From Treponemataceae bacterium (GTDB taxonomy: Bacteria > Spirochaetota > Spirochaetia > Treponematales > Rectinemataceae): 10,190 nt of DNA. The stretch spans positions 1-10,190 of the forward strand of contig CAXXGJ010000024.1 in NCBI GenBank assembly GCA_963677895.2, written 5' to 3'. Shown here one piece after another: positions 1 through 6,445 of the stretch. Both the position numbers and the translations under genes were made by a program. The notes under the pieces are model-generated. The model did no database searches. It was not told where the DNA came from and saw nothing but the letters and a program-made list of their open reading frames with translations. Within the stretch, counting starts at the first letter, position 1. Every line of letters starts with the position of its first letter.

Positions 1-790
1 ACGGTCTTCGCCTGCGGTCCGGCGAGCTTCTACGCCGCACGCAGCCTCGATCAGGTGAAGGTCGACGTCGCCTACGCCCGATCGAACGTCAAGGTTGTTG
101 GCATTTCGGGCGGCGTGAGCTACGGCCCCCTGGGAAGCACGCATCACGCGTTGCACGACATCGCCGTCATGCGCGCCTTTCCCGGCCTCGAGGTTTTCCT
201 GCCCTGCGACCGGGTCTCGACGGCGGCCGTGACGAGATACATGGCATCGAGCGGTAAGCCCGCCTATATGCGAATAGGCAGGGGCCCCGTGGGCGACGTG
301 TACGGAGAAGCCACGCAGGCGGGCGCCTCGCCAGGCGCGCCGCATGCGGGCGCATTAGGCGCGAAGCCCGAGTTTGTCCCAGGCAAGGCCAATGTCCTTC
401 GCGAGGGCGACGATTGCGCGATCATCGCCGTGGGGGAGATGGTCCAGCCCGCGCTGGCCGCGGCCGACATTCTCCTGAAGCGCGGCATCCGCGCGAGGGT
501 GCTTGACTGCTGGTCGCTCAAGCCGCTCGACACGGAGGCGATCGAGGCGGCGGCGCGGGAGACGCGCTTCATCGTGACCGTCGAGGAGCACAGCATGTAC
601 GGGGGCCCTCGGCGCCGCCGTCGCCGAGGTCGTCGTCCAGTCCAGCCCGCTGCCGATGCGCATTCTCGGCTTCCCCGACGAATGGGCGCCGGCGGGTTCA
701 TCGGCCGAACTCTTCGAACACTACGGATTCACCGCGGAAAACATAGCCGCCGTGGCGGCGGGCCTCGACGCCTCGACGGGGAGGCGCTGA
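1..790 (+). CDS. Split transketolase C-terminal (pyrimidine-binding + C-terminal domain) subunit, AptB-like. 5'-partial, with an apparent +1 frameshift at ~606-608.
   Basis: Frame 1 is open from base 1 (TVFACGPASFYAARSLDQVKVDVAY...GISGGVSYGPLGSTHH...AYMRIGRG...SLKPLD...IVTVEEHSMYGG). After GGGGGCCCTC (601-610) the family C-terminus continues in frame 2 from 608 (LGAAVAEVVVQSSPLPMRILGFPDEWAPAGSSAELFEHYGFTAENIAAVAAGLDASTGRR) to TGA 788-790, 3 nt before the next ATG. The Arg-rich tail of track ORF 55..936 is out-of-frame read-through. Confidence 0.9.
314..363 (+). repeat. Imperfect in-frame tandem duplication (27-nt period) in the transketolase interdomain linker
   Basis: CGCAGGCGGGCGC (314-326) vs CGCATGCGGGCGC (341-353), 12/13 identical. 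Each is followed by AGGCGCG (333-339 and 357-363). Encodes QAGASPGAP / HAGALGAKP. Confidence 0.55.
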
Positions 791-793
791 GGC

Positions 794-2290
794 ATGGGCG
801 GCTCCCTCATCCTCGCCATAGACCAGAGCACCCAGGCGACGAAAGCATATCTCATCGACAAAACAGGCGGCCTCGTCGCCAAGGCGGCGAAACCGCACCG
901 CCAAATCTATCCCGCCAGTGGCTTCGTCGAGCATGATCCCATCGAACTGTACCGCAACAGCCTCGACGTGATCGCCGCCGTCGTGGCCGAGACCGGCGTT
1001 CCGGCCACCGAAATCGCGTCGCTCTGCCTCACTAACCAGAGGGAGACGATCGTGGCCTGGGATGCCGAATCGGGCGAACCGGTGCACAACGCCATCGTCT
1101 GGCAGGACGAAAGGGGCGCCTCGATATGCGCCGAACTCGAGGCGAAGGGTTTCGGCCCTCTCGTGAGGGAGAGGACAGGCCTCAAGCTGGATCCCTATTT
1201 TTCGGCGAGCAAGCTTTCATGGCTCGTCAGGAACTCCCCCGAAGCCCTCGCCGCCCTCGATTCGGGCAGGCTGATGGCGGGCAGCGTCGACGCCTGGCTC
1301 ATCTGGAATCTCACCGGGCGAAGAGTCTTCGCCACCGATTATTCAAACGCCTCGCGGACGATGCTCTTCGATATCAGAAAGCTGGCTTGGGATCCCGAAC
1401 TTCTGGGGCTTTTCGGACTCGAAGGGATTCTTCTTCCCGAACCGCGCTGTTCCGACGCGGGGTTCGGGGAGGCGACGTTGAGCGATCCCGAAATGACCCT
1501 TCCGATATCCGGCGCGATGGGCGATTCCCACGCGGCTCTCTTCGGCCACCGCGGATGGAATCCGGGTGACGCCAAGGCTACCTACGGCACGGGGTCCTCC
1601 CTCATGCTGAATATCGGCGCCCAAGCGAGTCCCCCTCCTCCGGGCATCGTCCTCTCGCTCGCCTGGGGCATTCGAGGCAAAGCCGCCTACGTTTTCGAGG
1701 GCAATATCCATTCCACTGGCTACACGCTCCGCTGGCTGAAGGACAACCTGGGGCTCTTTTCGAACGACGACGAGGCCGAAGCCCTAGCCGCCGGCCTGGC
1801 CGACAACGGCGGCGTCTATTTCGTACCCGCCTTTTCGGGCCTGGGCGCTCCCTATTGGGAGCACGGCATCCGGGCCTGCATCACGGGGCTTTCGCACGGC
1901 AGCGACAGGCGGCATATCGTGCGAGCCGGCCTCGAATCGATAGGTTTCCAGGTGATGGATCTCGTCGACGCCATGAACAAAGGCGCGCCCGCCCCCCTAG
2001 CGTCCCTCCACGTGGACGGAGGTCCGTCGCGCAACGCGTTTCTCATGCAGTTCCAGGCCGATATGCTGGGCATTCCCGTCCTCGCGCCAGCGAGGGAGGA
2101 GCTGTCGGCCCTCGGCGTGGCCTACATGGGAGGCCTCGGCTCGGATTTCTGGGCTTCAACCGGGGAGATAGAAAGCCTCGCCGCCGATTCACGACGTTAT
2201 TCGCCCTCGATGGCGGAAGGGCAGCGGAAGGCTCTGGCCGAAGGCTGGAAATCGGCCGTCGCCCAGGCGATTTCCAGGAAAGTGGAATGA
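794..2290 (+). CDS. FGGY-family carbohydrate kinase, glycerol-kinase-like. Probable apulose-kinase-like sugar kinase rather than true GlpK.
   Basis: 498 aa with AIDQSTQATKA, VEHDP, TNQRETIVAWD, NAIVWQD, DPYFSASK, TDYSNASRTMLF, GDSHAALFG, KATYGTGSS, YFVPAFSGLGAPYW, VDGG and MQFQAD motifs. GGGAGG lies upstream at ~779-784. Confidence 0.9.
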   Translation: MGGSLILAIDQSTQATKAYLIDKTGGLVAKAAKPHRQIYPASGFVEHDPIELYRNSLDVIAAVVAETGVPATEIASLCLTNQRETIVAWDAESGEPVHNAIVWQDERGASICAELEAKGFGPLVRERTGLKLDPYFSASKLSWLVRNSPEALAALDSGRLMAGSVDAWLIWNLTGRRVFATDYSNASRTMLFDIRKLAWDPELLGLFGLEGILLPEPRCSDAGFGEATLSDPEMTLPISGAMGDSHAALFGHRGWNPGDAKATYGTGSSLMLNIGAQASPPPPGIVLSLAWGIRGKAAYVFEGNIHSTGYTLRWLKDNLGLFSNDDEAEALAAGLADNGGVYFVPAFSGLGAPYWEHGIRACITGLSHGSDRRHIVRAGLESIGFQVMDLVDAMNKGAPAPLASLHVDGGPSRNAFLMQFQADMLGIPVLAPAREELSALGVAYMGGLGSDFWASTGEIESLAADSRRYSPSMAEGQRKALAEGWKSAVAQAISRKVE

Positions 2291-2312
2291 ATATTTTTTC
2301 AAGGAGACTTGG

Positions 2313-3746
2313 ATGCGGGAAAATATGACGGCGGTGGAAAGGCCGCTCTGCTTCGGCGTTATCGTCAGTTCGCGGCTCTTTTTCAACGCGGCCCACGCGA
2401 TCGGCGCGAGGGAAGACATCCTCGCCGCACTCAAGCGGCAGGGCCATCAGGCTGTCATCGGCGCCCCCGGCCTCACCTCCGACGGGGCCGTGGCGAGTTT
2501 CGAGGACGCGCGGAAATACGCCGCGCTTTTCAAGGCTTCCAAGAAAGCTATTGACGGCATCATCGTCGTGCTGGCCAATTTTGGCGACGAGATCGGCGTC
2601 GTCGAGACGATCCGGCAGGCGGACTTGGGCGTCCCCGTCCTCGTACAGGCCTGCCCCGATCGGCTCTCCGAGCTGGGCGTTTCGGGCAGGAGGGATTCCT
2701 GGTGCGGCAAAATATCGGTATGCAACAATCTCTACCAGTACGGCATCCCCTGGACGGACACGACGAGCCACACCGTCGATTTGAAAAGCGATGAGTTCGC
2801 CGCCGATCTCGATTTCTTCGCTCGCGTATGCAGGACGGTAAAGGGCCTGAAGACGGCGAGGATCGGCGCCATCGGTACCCGCCCCGGCGCCTTCCAGACC
2901 GTGCGCTACAGCGAGAAGCTCCTGCAGAAGGCCGGCATCACCGTCGTTCCCGTCGATCTTTCGGAGATCTTCGCCGCCGCCGGCGCCCTGGGCGACGAAG
3001 CCCCAGAAGTAGTTGCCAAGGTGGAGGAAGTCCTGGGCTACGGCCGTGTTCCTTCCACGATTCTCCCCTCCAATATCGTGAAGCAGGCGAAATTCTCCGT
3101 CGCCGTGGAGCGCTGGCTGGACAGGAACGAATGCGACGCGAGCGCGATCCAGTGCTGGAACTCGATGGAAGAAAACTACGGCTGCTCGAGCTGCCTGACG
3201 ATGAGCATGTCGGGCGAGGCTCTGCGCCCGAGCGCCTGCGAAGTGGACGTCACGGGCGCCGTTTCGATGTACGCCCTCTCCCTGGCCTCGGGGAATCCCG
3301 CCGCCCTCCTCGACTGGAACAACAACTACGAAGGCCGGCCCGACCTCGTCGTCGGCACCCACTGCTCGAACTTTCCGAAGGGCTTCATGGGCACGGAGGT
3401 GGAGATTTCCAACCTCGACCTCCTCGGCGAAACTTTCGGGGCTGAGCGTTGCTTCGGGGCGATCAAAGGCCACGTGGCGCCGGGGGAATTCACCTATTTC
3501 AGGATTTCGACCGATGACGGGAAGGGATTCGTCAAGGGATATCTCGGGGAAGGCGAGTTCACCGCCAACCCCTTCGCCATGGACGGCGGCATAGCCGTAT
3601 GCAAAATTGAAGATGTCCGCGGCCTCATGCGCCACGTGACGCGCGAAGGATTCGAACACCATGTGGCCATGGCGCGTGGCCTGTCGGCCCGGGTCCTCCG
3701 GGAGGCCATCGAGCGGTACCTGGGCTGGAATCTGTATACGCATTGA
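2313..3746 (+). CDS. L-fucose/L-arabinose isomerase-family protein (aldose-ketose isomerase, substrate unknown)
   Basis: 477 aa with NFGDE, RRDSWCGKISVCNNL, RIGAIGTRP, ACEVD, LLDWNN, HCSN and FEHHVAM motifs. The E, D and H in ACEVD, LLDWN and EHH fit the FucI/AraA metal ligands. RBS AGGAG at 2302-2306. Confidence 0.85.
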   Translation: MRENMTAVERPLCFGVIVSSRLFFNAAHAIGAREDILAALKRQGHQAVIGAPGLTSDGAVASFEDARKYAALFKASKKAIDGIIVVLANFGDEIGVVETIRQADLGVPVLVQACPDRLSELGVSGRRDSWCGKISVCNNLYQYGIPWTDTTSHTVDLKSDEFAADLDFFARVCRTVKGLKTARIGAIGTRPGAFQTVRYSEKLLQKAGITVVPVDLSEIFAAAGALGDEAPEVVAKVEEVLGYGRVPSTILPSNIVKQAKFSVAVERWLDRNECDASAIQCWNSMEENYGCSSCLTMSMSGEALRPSACEVDVTGAVSMYALSLASGNPAALLDWNNNYEGRPDLVVGTHCSNFPKGFMGTEVEISNLDLLGETFGAERCFGAIKGHVAPGEFTYFRISTDDGKGFVKGYLGEGEFTANPFAMDGGIAVCKIEDVRGLMRHVTREGFEHHVAMARGLSARVLREAIERYLGWNLYTH

Positions 3747-3793
3747 GGGTTGGCGGTCCAATAGCCGCCTAGCGGGCCGCTCAGGAGCACACT

Positions 3794-4774
3794 ATGGAAT
3801 TCGTCAAGCTTGCGAACACCGATCTGCGCGTTTCTCGCCTCATAGCGGGCTGCATGGGCTTGGGCGGAGGCTGGGAAAAAAGCCTCGAGCTGAGCGAAGT
3901 CCATGAGGCCCAAGCCGACGATTTTCTCGCCAGGGCCCTGGGCGAAGGCATCAACTTCTTCGACCACGCCGATATCTACGCCTACGGCCGGGCCGAGGAA
4001 ATTTTCGGCAGGGCACTGTCGCGGAGGCCCGGCCTTCGCGCGAAGATCGTCATCCAATCGAAATGCGGCATACGCTGGGCCGACGAGCCGCCAGGCGCTC
4101 CCCACCGCTTCGACTTCAGCCGCGAGCACATCCTCGCCTCGGTCGAGGGCTCGCTCGGGCGGCTCCACACCGACTACCTGGACATCCTCCTCCTCCACCG
4201 CCCCGACAGCCTCTGGGAGGGCGAAGAAATCGCCGAAGCTTTCGCGACGCTCAAGGCTTCGGGCAAGGTGCGGTATTTCGGCGTTTCCAACCAGAACCGA
4301 GGGATGATGGAATACCTCCAGCATTTCCTGCCCGACCCCCTCGTGGCGAACCAGCTGCAGATGAGCCTCCTCCACCATGACTTCGTCGAGGCCGGCATCT
4401 CCTTCAACCAGGAGAGCGCCGGAAACCTCCAGGGATGGGAAGGCGTCCTGGAATACTGCCGCCTGCGGGGGGTCTCCCTCCAGGCATGGGGTCCGCTGGA
4501 CAAAGGACTCCTGGCGAGCGCCGAGCTCTCGAGCCTGGACCCTGGCCAGTGCGGTGCCGCCATCGAGCTGAGGGCTCTTGCCGCCGAGAGGGGGGTGCCT
4601 CCCGAAGCCGTCGCCCTGGCCTGGCTCCTGCGCCACCCTGCATGCATCATGCCCGTGCTGGGGACGGTCACGCCGCGGCGCCTCGAAGCCTGCGCCAGGG
4701 CGACAGACCTGTCCTTGAGCCGAGAAGAGTGGTATCGCCTTTTCGAGGCCGCCCGCGGCCGAAAGATGCCCTAG
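3794..4774 (+). CDS. Aldo/keto reductase, YdhF/YcsN-like
   Basis: 326 aa with GINFFDHADIY (catalytic D/Y), QSKCG (K), LLLHRPD (H), GKVRYFGVSN, NQLQMS, ALAWLLRHP and LSREEWY motifs. RBS AGGAG at 3783-3787. Confidence 0.92.
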   Translation: MEFVKLANTDLRVSRLIAGCMGLGGGWEKSLELSEVHEAQADDFLARALGEGINFFDHADIYAYGRAEEIFGRALSRRPGLRAKIVIQSKCGIRWADEPPGAPHRFDFSREHILASVEGSLGRLHTDYLDILLLHRPDSLWEGEEIAEAFATLKASGKVRYFGVSNQNRGMMEYLQHFLPDPLVANQLQMSLLHHDFVEAGISFNQESAGNLQGWEGVLEYCRLRGVSLQAWGPLDKGLLASAELSSLDPGQCGAAIELRALAAERGVPPEAVALAWLLRHPACIMPVLGTVTPRRLEACARATDLSLSREEWYRLFEAARGRKMP

Positions 4775-4861
4775 ACCCCGTCGCGAACTTTGTCGCCACA
4801 GCCTCCCGGAAAGCCTCCCCACATCGTTGGTACCACTTTTTGCATTCCGTAAAAATTATCC

Positions 4862-4890
4862 TTGACAGAATTGAAAACTGCCTTGATGAT
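4862..4890 (+). promoter_or_regulatory. Putative sigma70-type promoter for the racemase-transketolase-TRAP operon
   Basis: Perfect -35 TTGACA at 4862-4867, 17-nt spacer, then GATGAT at 4885-4890 (4/6 match to TATAAT). It lies in an AT-rich intergenic region with an A/T tract just upstream (4850-4859). Confidence 0.55.
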
Positions 4891-4920
4891 ATCAAACATA
4901 GGACATCATACATCTTATGT
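4883..4920. promoter_or_regulatory. Putative repressor operator(s) overlapping the -10/+1 region
   Basis: Inverted repeat TTGAT-gat-ATCAA at 4883-4895. At 4896-4920, ACATAGG ACATCAT ACATCTT ATGT has ACAT at a 7-bp period, outer arms ACATAGGA/TCTTATGT (7/8 complementary) and a terminal ACAT-N3-ATGT palindrome. Confidence 0.5.
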
Positions 4921-4950
4921 GTGGATGGCCACAAAGCGAGGTTTTTGAAT

Positions 4951-5613
4951 ATGCGCACAATCGCTGCAATCTATACCGGCGTCGCCCTGGTAAAGCCGCT
5001 TTCCGACCAGCTCAAGGAAGCCCTGCCGGGTTATCGCATCATGAATATTCTCGACGACAGCATGATTGCCGAGATCATCGCCGAAGGTCGGCTTACCGCC
5101 TCCGTGCGCCGCCGCCTCTATTCCTACTACGACGCCGCGGCCTCAGCCGGCGCCGAACTCATCCTCAACACCTGTTCCTCGATCGGCGAGGCGGTGTACG
5201 CCGCCCGGGACTTCATCCCCGTGCCCATCGTTCGAATCGACGAAGCCATGGCCAGGCGAGCGGTGGCCGAGGCCAGCAGGATCGCCGTCCTCGCCACCCT
5301 TTCCACCACGATCGATCCGACCATCGCCCTTCTGCGGCGCTGCGCCGCGGAAGCCGGCAAGACGATCACGACTATTTCCGCCGTCGCCGAGGGCGCCTTT
5401 CCCGCCATCACCGCCGGCGACGCCGCCACCCACGACAGGCTCCTCGCCGAGACGGCGAAGAAGGTCGCCGCGGACTGCGACATCATTCTCCTGGCCCAGG
5501 GCTCCATGGGGCGCATGGAAGCCCCCTTGCGCGAACTTACGGGCAAGACGGTGTATTCCAGCCCGCGGCTGGCCATCGAAATGGTGAAGAAAATGCTGGA
5601 GGGCAAGAACTGA
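4951..5613 (+). CDS. Asp/Glu/hydantoin racemase-superfamily protein (220 aa, single catalytic-site Cys)
   Basis: True start is ATG 4951 with GAGGT at 4938-4942. The track ORF start at 4435 overlaps the AKR and the promoter. Motifs: GAELILNTCSSIG, PIVRIDEAMA, RIAVLAT, DIILLAQGSM, VYSSP. Confidence 0.85.
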   Translation: MRTIAAIYTGVALVKPLSDQLKEALPGYRIMNILDDSMIAEIIAEGRLTASVRRRLYSYYDAAASAGAELILNTCSSIGEAVYAARDFIPVPIVRIDEAMARRAVAEASRIAVLATLSTTIDPTIALLRRCAAEAGKTITTISAVAEGAFPAITAGDAATHDRLLAETAKKVAADCDIILLAQGSMGRMEAPLRELTGKTVYSSPRLAIEMVKKMLEGKN

Positions 5614-5614
5614 G

Positions 5615-6445
5615 ATGATCGACGCCGAAAGAATTCACGCTGTCGAGGAACACGCGAGGCAGATCCGCCGCGATGTCGTCGAGATGGTGTACAAGACCGG
5701 CGATGGGCATCCGTCGCCATCCATGTCCGCCGCCGACATCATCGCCGCCCTGTATTTCGATGTGTTGCGCATCGATCCCGCCCGTCCCGACTGGGATGGC
5801 AGGGACCGCTTCGTCCTCTCGAAAGGCCACGCCTGCCCGGCCATGTACGCGGCGCTCGCCCGCAGGGGCTACTTCGCCCCCGAGGAGCTTTTAACGCTTC
5901 GCTTCCTCCATTCGCGGCTGCAGGGACACCCCTACGCCCCCAAGCTTCCCGGCCTCGACGCCACGACCGGTTCCCTCGGGAACGGCGTTTCCGTCGGACT
6001 GGGCATGGCCCTCGCCGCGCGCATCCGCAAGCTCGACTACCGCGTCTATGTGGTCACCGGCGACGGCGAATTGGGCGAGGGACTCATCTGGGAAGCCGCC
6101 ATGTGCGCGGGGCACCAGAAAGCGTCCAACCTGACCGTCTTCGTGGACAACAACAATTACCAGAGCGGCGGCACCGTGGGTGAAATCTCGGGCGTCTATC
6201 CCATCGAGGAGAAGTGGCGCGATTTCGGCTGGTACACGCAGTCGATAGACGGGCACGACGTCGGCCAGATTCTGGAAGCGGTGGAGAAGGCCAAACTCGA
6301 GAAGGATCGTCCTTCGGCTATCATCGCGAAAACGGTGAAGGGCAAGGGCATATCCTTCATGATCGGCGACAATACCTGGCACAAGCGCGTCTACACGACG
6401 CAGGAGTACGAACAGGCGATGCGGGAACTCGGGGGGGCGCTATGA
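5615..6445 (+). CDS. Split transketolase N-terminal (ThDP-binding) subunit
   Basis: 276 aa with GHP, RDRFVLSKGHA, LQGHP, TGSLGNG, the ThDP motif GDGELGEG...DNN, IDGHD, TVKGKG and WH. Starts 1 nt after the upstream stop. GGAGG at ~5597-5602. Confidence 0.95.
   Translation: MIDAERIHAVEEHARQIRRDVVEMVYKTGDGHPSPSMSAADIIAALYFDVLRIDPARPDWDGRDRFVLSKGHACPAMYAALARRGYFAPEELLTLRFLHSRLQGHPYAPKLPGLDATTGSLGNGVSVGLGMALAARIRKLDYRVYVVTGDGELGEGLIWEAAMCAGHQKASNLTVFVDNNNYQSGGTVGEISGVYPIEEKWRDFGWYTQSIDGHDVGQILEAVEKAKLEKDRPSAIIAKTVKGKGISFMIGDNTWHKRVYTTQEYEQAMRELGGAL

Noticed and set aside
607..936. Poly-Arg C-terminal extension (PRRRRRRGRR...) of ORF 55..936
   Set aside because: Out-of-frame read-through after the frameshift. 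The true C-terminus is in frame 2.
2043..3761. 572-aa minus-strand ORF
   Set aside because: Antisense shadow of the kinase and isomerase genes in GC-rich DNA, with no recognisable motifs.
3752..3781. Small hairpins GGCGGT-N6-GCCGCC and AGCG-N3-CGCT between the isomerase and AKR
   Set aside because: Short GC stems are expected by chance and there is no U-tract, so they are not called as terminators.
3494..4822. 442-aa minus-strand ORF
   Set aside because: Antisense to the well-supported AKR and has no family signature.
4800..4836. AGCCTCCC direct repeat (4800-4807, 4812-4819) and TGGTACCA palindrome after the AKR
   Set aside because: Too short to support a function. No convincing intrinsic terminator stem precedes the T-run.
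4435..4950. 172-aa N-terminal extension of the racemase ORF
   Set aside because: Overlaps the AKR in another frame and crosses the promoter. RBS and homology begin at ATG 4951.
6214..6441. N-terminal extension of the TK C-subunit ORF, or a possible frameshifted fused transketolase
   Set aside because: Each subunit has typical split-TK termini, an RBS and an ATGA overlap. Split TKs are a normal two-gene architecture.
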